From Takakia lepidozioides (Eukaryota; Plantae; Bryophyta), in the NCBI GenBank assembly GCA_030704615.1, contig CM060732.1, positions 11,656,001 to 11,720,000 on the forward strand: a stretch of DNA of 64,000 nucleotides, written 5' to 3'. A program made the translations under genes and the position numbers. This document shows positions 1-25,280 of this stretch, piece after piece. The notes under the pieces were generated by a model that saw only the letters and a list, made by a program, of their open reading frames with translations, was not told where the DNA came from and searched no databases. Position 1 is the stretch's first letter. Every line of letters begins with the position of its first letter.

Positions 1-322
1 CCCATTATAATGGGTCAGCTATCCCCACCATCATGCCCCCCATATTGGGCACGGCACAATTGTTTTCTTTCGCACAGGGAGAGAGGAGGGGAGGGTTCTC
101 AGGAGAGGTGGATGTCTCCCAAACCTTGCTGCTGAGATATTTCATGCAAAGGTTGTAGAAATTCCATTCCCAAATTGTGGGCTACTAGCATAACCTTAAC
201 ATCAATCTGCATAGTCTTCATAAAAATCAGACTTGGGGTTTCCTACATGGATTAAAATCGGTTTAGACCTTGCTTTCCAAGAAGCACTCCGCAAAAAACA
301 TATGGACAGGAGCAAATGGAAG

Positions 323-580
323 TTACCATATCCAGTTCCCACGGTCCTGCTGCAGCCCCTCCAGCGATCGACTGAGCAGCTTCACAGTCCGTGCAAACCC
401 CACTCCCAGAGCCGCCCGGTTGACGGATTCATAGGCCAGGCTATGAGCTTTATTTTCTTGGATGATCCTTTCGGCGAGAGAACGTGCAAAAGCATACTTA
501 TTGGAGGAGGCAGGGATGTCATTCACCAATGCCAACACCTGAGCACAGAAATATGCATCAGCCGAGAGAGGAGAGATCTC
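323..580 (-). CDS. Probable internal exon of an uncharacterised plant gene that continues off the left edge
   Basis: Open, protein-like stretch (DAYFCAQVLALVNDIP...FARSLAERIIQEN...VNRAALGVGFARTVKLLSRSL) ending at a plausible GT donor (ATATG|GTAACT). Family not identified. Confidence 0.35.
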   Translation of the reverse strand, partial: EISPLSADAYFCAQVLALVNDIPASSNKYAFARSLAERIIQENKAHSLAYESVNRAALGVGFARTVKLLSRSLEGLQQDRGNWIW

Positions 581-853
581 AAAGCACATAAATGTGAGTA
601 AGTCTATGTTACAACTGTTCCAAATTGATAGAAAAAAGGAATGCCTCATTCGATAGTTCCCGCGTCAACAGATCAAAGAATTTTTTAGACAATCTTGAAC
701 ACATTGTCATTATAGTCAATCTTACCTTGAAACTTAATAGTTAGAGCACTGGTCAAATGACAAACATCTAAAAGCCGATTCCACAGATGCAGTTTTAATG
801 ACTCTTATTACTTGCGTCAATAACTACTATGAAGTTATGAAGGTATAAGTTCT

Positions 854-1780
854 TTAGAACCTAACCTGAGAAAGGGCCCGGCCAATTCCGCTGCTGTTGA
901 GCTTCACACTTCGAAAGCTGCCATCACGCTTCTCCACAGCCCTACGTGGGAAACTCTCTCCACCATGATAACTGAGGGTCTCGAGCACGCTCGTCAGACC
1001 ATGCAAAGGGAAAGGCTTGGGTAGAAAGACAAGAACAAGGCGAGCGAAGCAGGCCATCATCCACCGGACTACCATACTCAAGGTTCGAAGCTGGTCGAAT
1101 AGAAGACGGAAGCTCTCCATCTCCGCTCCCCGCGACCGTGCGCCGGAGAACGTGTTTGAAATCCGGGCACTGAGCACTGCGGGGTCGACTACAGCCCCAC
1201 AAGTACCTGTCATCGTTGCCTCCCGAAGCATCTTCCTGTCAACAAAATCGGAGAACCTCAACTTATCCTCAGACTGGCTGATTCTTCCCTTCCTGAATCG
1301 AACTCCTCAACCCATTTCCATGACTTCTCCCAATCTACCAACGACGTCCCACTTTCAAACCAATCTCCTCTATCTCCTTCCCTCCCAAGCCCACCAAAAC
1401 TTAGCGAGACCGCTAGGGCGATACCTTCCAAAGACTGCCATCACACTTGGCGCTCTCTAATGCCAAGTCGTTCCCATAAACAGGGGAACTTAGACCATAC
1501 CTTCCTCAAGAAGAGGGCAACTGCTATGACAACTCTCAGTCCCCACCACAAGACACTTGCATGCGAACTGTTCTGACCTTCCCCCAAGGAGATGCAGACA
1601 AGATTTCCTGGGTTTCCAGACACATGGCCGAAAAATCTTCAACGCCCAGAAAAGAAATGTGCCGATGAGGCAGTCTTCCACCATCGCTTCCTCGTCGACC
1701 GACTCCAGTCCGACCTCCATGGGATCTTCGTTCGTTTGCTGGCGCTACAGTGATATCAGGACTGTATGATGCAATTTTCA
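854..1780 (-). mobile_element. Degenerate LINE ORF1-like remnant (tentative)
   Basis: Interrupted frames with an L1-ORF1-like flavour (EDCLIGTFL..., ALFLRKVWSKF). No diagnostic motif is intact. Confidence 0.25.
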
Positions 1781-2523
1781 CTCATCAACATGTACCTATG
1801 ATTATGCAATGAGAAACAATCCATACAAAATGTTGCCCCTCCTTATGGAACCAAGAGATGATGACGGTCTTCCTAAAGGCATGCATTCACTACGGTTAGG
1901 AAGACCGTCATCATCTCTTGGCTGCATTACATGTTTTCTTACAAGGCTTGGTTGTCCAAGTTTAGTATGTTTATTGGCTCCTCTTTATTCTAAAAGGGAG
2001 ATTATGCATCAATGTCAAAAATTGCTAGGCCCCTCTTGTGCCTTTATCACCTTATTATCTCCTTTGTTGAAACCTACTTCCTTATTTGCTTTCTCCAGGT
2101 AACACCTCCATCAGGTAACATCTCTGTTATTGAGCAACTTACCAAAAATAAATGGATGAATGTATAAGATTATTATGGATGAAAGTAGATTTTATTAATC
2201 ACAAAGAGGAGCCATTACTCGACTAAGGTAACCTCACCAAAATCACACAAATAAGAAATACACCTAAAAACATGTTTTCTGGGTTATTTCGAATTAGGTT
2301 ATTTCTTCTATATGTGCAATGTAATTTGGAACCCATCCCAAGCTGTTTCTTAAATTTTGGAGCAGTTAAACTCATCCATTTCCATCATCCATCTACGATT
2401 TTTCATCCAATGATGTTGAAACATGTGTTTGTGTGAACCCTCGGACATCACTATATGACGGATTTGCAACGCTTTGATGTTGGAAATGGGGGGCTTTTGT
2501 AGGTGACGGTTATAGGTGGGGTG

Positions 2524-5500
2524 TTTTTTTTCTTTTTCTTTTTTTTCTTTAAAGGGGGACAGGGCCCTTGTAATCAAACTAAATGAAATAAAGGTTCACA
2601 TTAAGGTGGAAAAAATAACCGCCATGGAGGCCGTAGAGGCTCACTGAGGGGGAACTTCCCCGTGACCAAGCATACTAGCTAAGAGCAAAGCAAGCGGAGG
2701 AGCAGGATAAAGATGAGTGCAGCTAGTGCATGAGGAGAGATAAAGCAAGTGAGCCTAAAGAGCAAGGCTGATAAGCAGCCAAAGAGGATGATAACAAGTA
2801 GAACAGCTGCCTGGTGGCAAAAGTAGTACCCAAGTCTGGAGGAGGCTAAAAACGCAGCTGAGTCCTAGACTTGGCAACGCGAGGCTTCTTGTGCCTCCAA
2901 TTGAAGTCCACATCGCCCCCATCACCAGGAGATATCCCATGAATTGGGAGTGGAGACTTTCCAGCAGTACTGCATGTTGGAAAGACATGTTTCGAGAATG
3001 TCATTTTTGCCCCAGGACTGCTGAAAGTTGTTGATGAGCTGCCTGCCACGTTGTTCTGAAGATCTGAAAACAGCTACACACAAAATATCCCAAGCCTTCC
3101 TTCCCTCAATAAGCAGGTCTTGATAAATGCAAAAAAGCACAGACCTGCCCCTGGGGGGTCTCCCTTAAAAAACAAGAGCACGTCTAATCTTCCAAAGGTT
3201 CCATAAGGTTAAAGCTCTAAGACTTGCCCACACAGGGCAAACAGATGGCAAGTGAGCAGGCAAGAAATTCAAGAGCAAAGGAGAGGAGGGGGCTGGGGAT
3301 GGAAAAGACTCCCAACATGAGTAAAATCCTAACACAACTTTCCAAACTCTAGCAGGAAAGGGGCAGTCTACCATGCAGTGGTCGATGGACTCAGGGTGTG
3401 ACATGCATAAACCGCAAGCATCATTGTTGAATAAGGTCTTGGCATTGACAGACAAGATTCTATGAGCCAGTTTTCACAAGAAGCCTGAGATTTTGGCAAC
3501 CCTCTATTTTTTCCATATATCTTTCCACACCGAGTCCCAATTGGCTGATGACAGATTCAAATGCCCCCACTTTTCGGACCACCTAGAGAAGAAGGTTGTT
3601 ATGGGTCTCAACAACGAGTAACCTAACTTCACCGAATAAGCAAAGAAATGGGAGTGGTGCTCATCCTTCCAGCTCCATTCCCCGGGGTCAAACTGTAAAG
3701 CAGTCGAGAGGTAGCTTAGAAACCAAGTGAAACTGGAGTGCAAGGCCCATTGCAATCCCCGCCCCCTGCGGTGGGGCTGGGTTTGCATTTCCTTTGTCAT
3801 CAAGCACCCTTATGGGGTACAGTGATTGATTGTGCAAATCCGCATAGCCTGTCAGCTGCAGGTTTCCCTCACAGTCTGAAATGAACTGAATTCTAGAGGC
3901 TATCTGATCATTCATAGAAAGGACCAGCATGATAGTACCACCTCCGTTGGTTGTTGCAGCTGTCCAAGTTGGCAAGGCCTCCAAGTCACCTCCATTTCTC
4001 AGGGAAGTTATGGAATCTGGCACGACCGCAAGAAAAGAAGGCCATGCAGTGGCTCGTCTGGCCCCTACACTCTGTGACACTGCAGTTGGAAAGTGTCATG
4101 CTCCCAAGTATTGCCCAGATGAGTAAGACCTTTGTGCTCCTAGAAGGCCCACTTTGGTCTTTGCAGGGACACTGTTTGCGAGTTGAAAACATTGTTCCAA
4201 AACAGAGGTTGTCGCCAGGCCTGTGCAAAGTTTCCTGGTGGTCTTTGGGTAAGCTTATCCCTAAGAGAATGCCAATCAAGCAGCCCATATGGATTGCCAT
4301 GGGCGGGATCCCAAATACACGTTCACATTTTTCCCTTGAATTCAGTGACCCAGGCTGAGCGAAAGCCTTCCCCATCCTCCGGAAAGCAAAAGTTAGTGTA
4401 ATCGTCAAAGAAAGTATAGACGAGCGGGGTCACACAGATTGCTGCTCTGTCTCTCGCATAAGCCGATCCTGGGGCCCAGCCAGTCAAAGGCCTACTTTTG
4501 AAGGAGTGCAGCTCGAGGAAGCGCTAGGCTGATGTTGTCCAAGAGTTGCAGCTCTTCTTGCGAGAAATGGAATGAGGCCCATGCTTCCTTCATTCTGACT
4601 GGTGAAGATCATATGGCCGGTTGGGATTAACCCATTTGGACATGTCCTCACTTCGTTTCTTTTTTTTGGAGGATTGGCCTGCCTGAAGCCTTTTTGCATC
4701 CGATTCCAGGGAGACTTGCACTGTAGTACCTGGAGCTACCAGGTTAAATGAAGAGCCTACTTTGTCATTTGGCATGCAAGGGGGCTTGGAGGATTCAGAG
4801 CCGTTTTGCCTGCTGAGCTTTGGGCAGTTGGAGCGAATATGGCCTTCTCCATTGCAGATGAAGCATATCGTAGAGATGAGTTCTTCTTTGATTGAAACGA
4901 CTATGAACAAATCATCTAGAGTCGGCAGTTTGATCGAGGAACCAATGCGCTCAGTCTCCGGCATTAAGACAACCAACTTAGGTACTCCACTGTCTTTGGA
5001 GTAGTCGTAATTTGTAGCTTCGTTGTCAACGCTCTTGATGTTGTCTTGAATCGGCTCATAGACATTCAGCGAGTCAATGAAGGTGCCGAAGCTGGCGCCA
5101 ATTTCTGGTAGGGAAGTCAAGTAAGTGGCAGGTAGGTAAGGAATGGCGATGACCCTCGGTTTCCACATCACACCCTCTTTGTGACCCAAAACGTGGATTC
5201 AGGGCGTTTTGAGTTTTTCCTTGTCCAATTGCAGAACTGGCTAACTTGTGACCATCTGGGGTATGGAGTCGTCCCATATTGCATCCTCTGCCCTGGGAGA
5301 TTGCACATATGTGGATGGGCTTGGGCCTTTGCCCAAAATGGAATCCCCCGAACCGTTGGAAGTTGGGTAATTTTTAATAGTCCATTTTGCCTTCCCTCCG
5401 CTTACTGCCAGAGCTGAACCAGGTCGTCTTGCAGAGCCTCCTCTGCTTCCGCGTCTGCTTGAAGTTCCCTTAGTACTCATTGTCTTAGCTTGAAGGTGGG

Positions 5501-5900
5501 GAAGTTGTGTGCTACGTAGAATCGGACAGCCTCACGATCACTAGCCACACACCAGGCACAACTAGGATTAGTGAGAAAAGCCCTGCATGGAACAGGCACT
5601 TTACAGATGGAGACAAGAGATGGCAGCAATTGAAGACGGAAGAGAGAGGGGAAATGTCGGTGTGGTGGTTGCAGGCTCTTCCAGCGGGAAGCAAACTTAA
5701 ACTTGAGATAAAACACCAGATAGGTTGTGAGAGAAATGGAGCCACAACATATCAATGCAGGCTGGGAGAGAAGGCAAGCAAGAAACCGAGCTGTATGCAA
5801 TTCAAAAATAAGGGCTAGAGTGAACACTTCCCTCCACTTCACCGTCATAATGAGAGAAGGGCATTATGGAACGCAGGAGAAACTATGCGGCGCTTTCAAT
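2524..5900 (-). mobile_element. L1-clade LINE relic, internally deleted (ORF1 plus ORF2 C-terminus, no EN/RT core seen)
   Basis: ORF1 CCHC knuckle CFICNGEGHIRSNC (4590-5189). ORF2 C-terminal zf-RVT CGLC..HPESIDHCMVDC..ARVW and LWNLWKIR (3165-3455). A-rich 3' tail on the minus strand at 2524-2550. Multiple frameshifts. The 5' limit is approximate. Confidence 0.65.
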
Positions 5901-7815
5901 TTCAGTGCATCAGGCTTTCACGCTGCGCAAGGATGGAGGTTTGCAGACATTAGCTGGAGTCGCAGAGAAGCTAAAAGGAGTCCATCAGCTGGAAAAGGAA
6001 ACGCTGTGCTTGCACGGAGCCATAACTGCGAAATGAGCAATCTTGGGGAGGCGTGCCGCAGCCTAAGGAAGGCGGCCCATCAATGCATAGGGGAGATGGA
6101 GCATCTGATGATAAAGGGGGAGATTACCAAGGGAGGTAGAGAAAGGAGAGAAGTGGGGAGACGAAGAAAATTCTGTTAGTTCATGAGTTGGGAGGGCAGG
6201 CCCATAGAGATGTTTTTGTTCGTCTTTAGGGGATACTGAAAGTTGTGCCTAGCTTCAGTATACCTTAGCTTAGCCGAGGAGGTGCAAGGAGGACGAGATG
6301 GCCCGATCGTTGACAGAGAGAGCCAAAAACAGCTAAGTCCCTACTCTCCTCACCGCAACTTGCGGACCGATCTACATCGCCCCTCTCATCACTTTTGCCT
6401 CTTCGTTCAAAAAAGAAAAGAAAAGAAAAAGAAAAAAATCGGGGTGTTGGAATTGGGTGAGGTTACTTTAGCGGCTTGCTTTTTTTTTCTTTTTCTTTTA
6501 AATTGTTTTTTAAGCGGCTTGTTTTCAAACTATTCATTAGCCCCAGTGGTTGGGTATAAACCTAGGTGATCCTGGGTTCAATCCTTCAACATGTGCCTTC
6601 AGACCTTCTATTGGGCCCTCGATGGCTTGTGTGTTGAGCAGTAGGCTCTGTAAATTCACTGGACGTTATAGAAACTTTAATTTAATTTAATTTAATGTCA
6701 TTGATTTTTCACAGTCTACAATGCAGTTTTTACAGTCCCGTGCACGGGCATTAAGCAAATCAGCACTTTGCCACCTTTATATTTTAAGAAAAAATTGGAT
6801 CTGTTGTTTGAAAATCGGAATGGTCCCAATGTTTTCAATGAAGTTAGGAAGGTCCTCACAATTTTTTGATTGGTCCCATCCATGCAATCCCTCAGATGAG
6901 GTTTGTACTAACCCATTGTTTCTTAAGGCTCGTGCAATGGCCCCCTCCAATCCATGCAATAAACCCCTATCCACTTTGCCCTTGTCGTTCTCTCACTTGC
7001 CAAACAGCCCTTTGCATCAGAGTAGAAACCCTGGTATAACAGATCTTCCCATAGATGCTACATGTTGTGCATGCCGCTCTTGCATGACAAGAGGAGATAG
7101 TTGGAAATACCAGTAAGGGCATTGGAGAGATTTATCGTGCTTGGTAGGGCAGAGCCTGTCACAACCACCCCATGTGGATGGATGCAAGAACTTGCAATGC
7201 CCTAAAGACCCAGCCAGGATTTCTTAGTTAGAGAGGATGGCACCTTACACCACATAAGGTTCGAGAGGAGGCACCTTACGTCGCATAAGGTTCCTGCTCT
7301 TGTGAGCCACCTGATCAAGGAAATCCCAGCCATCAAATTCCGAAATCCTTGCTGTTTCCTTACGCAGGGGGAGGCCCTGGGACGGGGGCCTTCCTGAAAC
7401 TTGGAGGCCTGGCATTCGGCGGTCCATTTGTGTTGCGAAATGGAGCCAAGAGTCACCAACATTCTACATACAACTTCATACTGTCATCCCGTACTCACAG
7501 AACTCAAATTCTCTGGGAGACATGGTTGAGCCAGCAAGAGTTCGTCTGCCAATTGGTAGATGATCACGCACGCATTTTCAAAGATATGACGAGTTTCATA
7601 CTTCCTCAGCCACAACTCATCACAAGCTGAACATCTTAACCTAGAAGTCATTATCCACAACGGTGCTGATGAATATCAGGTCGTAAACTAGGATTGCTCT
7701 AAACATTTTTGGGGACAACGTTGCCTTAACAATTGTGTCGTTGCTTTACCATTTTGAATATAGGCTATTCTAAATTGTAAGTGTACATTACAGAGGTGGT
7801 GGACAGCCGCATGGT

Positions 7816-20985
<13,170 letters not shown>

Positions 20986-23900
20986 GGATGCGCTCCAAAC
21001 AGACCTCAAGAATGCGCACCAAATTAAACCCGAGCCACACACCGTGGAAATCCAGAGAGAGAGAGAGAAACGAAAACGAATACAGTACCGAAATAACGAA
21101 ATACGAAGACGGAATACGAACGAGAACTGGAAAGCATTTGGGCTTGGCTAACTGAAAGTGGCCCTCATGAGACTCGCTTAACTTATGTTTGTTCATTCAA
21201 TCTTGCTGTGGGGTTGGAAGGGAATGGATTGCAGGGGCCAAAGCTCTTGACTTCCCTGAAGCAGGTGGGTTATAAGCCCCCTATCTCACAGATGCTTGTA
21301 CAGCACATTGATACATTTGTGGAGTTGCGGACCTTGTGAACAATTGCTGCTGGCCTGTATGACTACTGCTCACAATATAAGCTAGATGTCCATCTCATTA
21401 CATGCAAAGACAAGTGGTAAGGTACATAATCAAGCAGGGAGCATCACCTTCGATCCAAAAAGCACCTTTCACTGTCTAGATTTTTTCAGGGGTGTACGTG
21501 GTCAGAGAGTATGGTGATTCTGTCTTAATTTGATGAGGGTTAGGTGTGGTAATATCGGTCTTAAAAAGGCCCGGGGAATTGAGAGGTGTGCTGCCCATGA
21601 TCTGGAATGGGCTCCACTGTAAATTGACCCAGATAGTAGGTTGTTTATATGGTGGTGAGAATATGAAGCACCAATGAGGTGCTTGCGCAAAGGATGGTTG
21701 CTTTGCATATTGCCCCCTGTGGACTTCACAAAGATTTCTTCCCCCACCCCCCCGGCCCCCTTTCTTACCTTGCGGGGTTCCGTTGGGCTTCGTGCATGTC
21801 ATCTCTTTCTCTGTATGCAGATATGCATATATATACTCACCTCATAATGCTCTGCAAGAAGTAAAATGACATGGTCCAGGTACTCGCTTCTAAATATGTA
21901 ATTTAATGTGTCTCTCGTCTCACCAAAGGATGGACTCATGGTGCACAATTGTAGTAGAAAACCGACTCCATTGTCTGGTAGAACTACAGTTGTGAACAAT
22001 TGCTTTCTATGCATGTGAATCATGGAAGGAGTTGTAAAGATGTGGGGATGGCAGAGTGCTCCTGCCCTGACCAAAGGTCCTGTCGGCTCCTTGCGGTGTA
22101 CCTATGGAAGGTCTGATATCACGCAGCATATTGATGGGCCAGGCCAGGCGGTGGAGCCGAAATGGGTATGCAGTCTGGCAATGTGGAGACGGAAACACTT
22201 GCAAGCGATGGCTATGACACCTCCCCATCCTCCAGGGAAAACAAAGGAAGGTATCGAGATGTAATTCTTTACTTGTATTTCTGTGAGTCTTTGAGCTTTG
22301 GCCGTCGGAGTGATCCATGCTCCATATCGGCATTGATCCACCCCATCAGAAACTCCAAAAAGGTTTTATTGTAGTACAGGGGCTGTGGATAATGTCAGCG
22401 TAATGGACACCCTTGTATTCTGATCCTCGTAAAATGACACATCTCGCGTGTAGCCCATAGAAATCCCGCTGAAGTTCCAAGAGGCATCAGCATGTTGAGC
22501 TCATTAAGCTTAGTGTAGAGGGCAAGTTACCACAGATATGGCCCACTTCGCTGTGCTCCCTGAGAGCGACAACTGTCAGCCACACTGAGGAATGGAAACT
22601 CATCAATCTTTGGGGAGCCAGTTGTTAGCGTTTTCACCTACCAGGATTATGGATACGCAACCCAAGATGACATGGCGATTGTTCACATCTAATGGTAATC
22701 TGGCTTAGAACTGGAGACTAGAGTCACCTAACACACCTCTGGCTTTATGTAGTTGCACGTGGACCTTCGTGGTTTATCGGCCTGTTCCTGTTCTGCTTTG
22801 TGACGATAACCTCCAGGGTGGGCCAAATGCTGGCAGGTGTTCCATGGGCAGTCTGTCCGACAGGAGAGTTTTTTAAACCAGCATGTTTCTGAGCCCGTGT
22901 TCTGGGAGGTACAGAAGTGCTCTTCGTTCATGTAGCCAATGGATCTGAGCTGTCAAGATAGATTATGATACTGGAAAAGGCCTCAAACTCCGATCAGACT
23001 TCCAAACTCAGCCAAAAGAATTTCGAAGGGTGTGGTGCTTCGCACCCCTATCCGATTTGCAAGAAAAGAGATCTGGGATGGCACTATCTATAACTGACCC
23101 CCTATTCTCACACCTAGATAATTTTGTGGGAGTGACAACTGAGGTAATAAGGCACTTATGCAGGGATGGGCCGGTGAGGTGGAACTGGCTGCATCTCCCT
23201 TGACACTGAATGATGCTGCGAAGCCTCTACTGATTCTGTCACTTGCTGCAAGCTTATATCTGATAGAGGATGCGCCAATCCACCCCAGATATGTGTAGAT
23301 TCCGCTATCTCAATCTCAAGCCTGCATAGTGGCAGTGGTCTTTTCTCATCTGGGCTTTGGAATGTGTTGTAGACCAGGATCTTGGTTTGGTACAGTTTCA
23401 GGATAGTCTACACTGCAGCCCAAAATTCTTCAACAGATTGATCATCTGCCTATGTGTGTATAGGTTGAGGGGGGCATATCCAGACCGCGGATACACTATA
23501 TTTCAAATGAGTTCCTTGAGTATGTGGACTTAGATCACAAAGATGTGGGGGATAGTGGGTAGTATCACCCTGATGTTTTGTGCACCTCTTGAGGCCAAAT
23601 CTCCTGACAGTTGCACCTTGCTTATTGATATAATGGCATTTAGAGAGAGGGAGAGAAAGAGGTTATTTTCATGAAAATCCTCCAATAGCATTCCTCAATG
23701 AGACTCCCTCAATTAGGCTGCCAAAGATCTCTGCTGACTGGTCTTTGCATGCAGACCACGGCATAAGTATAGGACACCATGGGCAGGGCTTCATGTCAAA
23801 TCCTTTGCAGCAGCGGGACGACAGGTCCAGTAAGGTATCTCCTCGCCCAATCATGTTTAGTTCCTGGAACAGAAAGAGACACTGATCTTTTTTGGCTGAA

Positions 23901-24351
23901 ACTGGTATCCATATGATGCATTTCTGGGACCTGACCACGGTTTTCAGTTTCTTTCATCAATGAACACTGAGATAGTTAACTGTAACACCTGCCATAGTTT
24001 ACAGTTGGATGAGTTGATGGTCAATCCACAATGACTGAAGTTTATGCAAAGTTGTGGCCTGTTGTCGCTGTGGTTTTTACAGGAAAGTCCAAGACCACGA
24101 GACTTTAGACATACGCACACAAAGGAAGTCACTTGGATCAAAAGTCGGTCAAACCCATGGTGGGTGAAAGCAGAGCTAGCTGCCATGATTCCAGGTCGAG
24201 CCCAACCTGGTGATGTTTCTAATGTTAGTGTATACCGTGGAGGTGCAGAATACAACGGGTATTGTAAGCTCCGCAAGCAAATAGAATGGTATAGTTTATT
24301 GCAATCTGCAGCCAGAAGCCTGTCTTTCGGGATAGATCTTTCTTTCCACAC

Positions 24352-24463
24352 ATCCCAGAGCTTTGAGATGTGGTATGTCTTGTAATTGTAATTGAGCCAT
24401 GCTGGATGGTAAGGTTGAATCACTCACAGATGATGCCATCAAATTGGTGGTAGGGTAGCTCCT
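24352..24463 (+). repeat. Diverged duplicate of the 5'UTR/N-terminal coding segment of the PPR-DYW gene (25229-25368)
   Basis: Shared blocks ATCCCAGAGCTTTGAGAT, GGATGG.AA.GTTGAATCACTCACAGA, CATCAAATTGG and TAGCTCCT occur in the same order in both copies. Confidence 0.8.
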
Positions 24464-24589
24464 CCACTGTTGCAGCATAATTGGTTTTGTTTTTGGTGTG
24501 ATTCATGGCTGCATTAATAACAATGCCTGCAATCTGTAGCAAGAAGCCTATCCTTATGGACAGATCTGTACGTTTTTTTCAATCTAACA

Positions 24590-24943
24590 CTAATATGAGA
24601 ATGACATATTGTTAGAGGTTCTAAGAGGGAACCTATAACTATTTCCCAGCCATGAGGCGCGAGCGCAGTGATCCATCAGCAAACATGGCTGATGATGTCC
24701 AAGCATGGGCGCAGTGTCTAACGCCCCACCCATTTATGCTCCATCCGTTACACGGAAAGAGACGGACGGATCCAATAGGGTGACTTAGTCACCAGAGGAT
24801 GACCACCCTTTAGTTAGAAAGTAGAAAAGACATGGTGGGAGGAAATTCAGGCAAATGAGTTTTCGGGGAGCTACAGTCATTACAAGCTCAGCTAGTGCAA
24901 TACCTGTAGTAGGAGACACTATAGCAACTCGGCCTTGGGGTGG
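24590..24943 (+). pseudogene. cob: NUMT: mitochondrial cob exon fragment (24852-24943), preceded by the probable 3' part of a group I intron
   Basis: [31 protein letters not shown] versus the conserved [31 protein letters not shown]. Similarity starts exactly at Gln, after a terminal G. An S-element-like AAGACATGGTG lies ~25 nt upstream. The left boundary is approximate. Confidence 0.85.
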
Positions 24944-24944
24944 C

Positions 24945-24978
<34 letters not shown>
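24945..24978 (+). pseudogene. Organellar SSU rRNA fragment (34 bp) fused to the cob piece
   Basis: CACGGCCCAGACTCCTACGGGAGGCAGCAGTGGG matches the conserved bacterial/organellar SSU rRNA region around the 338F/341F primer site. Confidence 0.85.
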
Positions 24979-25280
24979 TTATAGTAGCAAAAGCCATTGG
25001 AATCTTTATTTTCTACATCAGAACGGGTTGTAACTCACGCATACGTTGTATTTGATTATAATTGTCGGGTTTTTCCACAATTCGTGGCATAGGTATACAC
25101 ATGTCTCTACATGTATCCCGTGAAAGTACCGATTCAGCTCGTCTCTGGGTGCCTAGGTATCCACCCGGAGTCTATTTGGAGTGAACATAAGTTGGCTGTG
25201 TTTTTTGTATTTTAAGGTCTTTCGAAGTATCCCAGAGCTTTGAGATATGCTATTTCAGTTTTCAGTTTTTAAGGTTTGTA

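Noticed and set aside
7240-7630. Two tandem small hairpins ACCTTA-N7-TAAGGT and a possible plus-strand terminal exon
   Set aside because: The stems are short, no family is recognisable and there is no supporting gene structure.
21500-21750. YSGAHSRSWAAH resembling the tyrosine-recombinase YSGHSFRxGAAT motif (possible DIRS relic)
   Set aside because: It is a single degenerate motif, and no other YR, RT or RH motifs could be recognised nearby.
22567-22578. CGACAACTGTCA, identical to the Gypsy element's internal att-like junction
   Set aside because: It is an isolated 12-mer with no flanking LTR homology, so I treat it as coincidence.
24852-24870. The adjacent cob NUMT (AAATGAGTTT) matches 7 of the 10 coded positions predicted for the neighbouring PPR-DYW protein
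   Set aside because: In that register the edited position falls on an A, not a C. A 7/10 match is expected by chance about once in a few hundred bases.
24945-24978. Functional rRNA gene or bacterial contamination
   Set aside because: It is only 34 bp, fused to a cob fragment within nuclear context, so it is a NUMT/NUPT piece.
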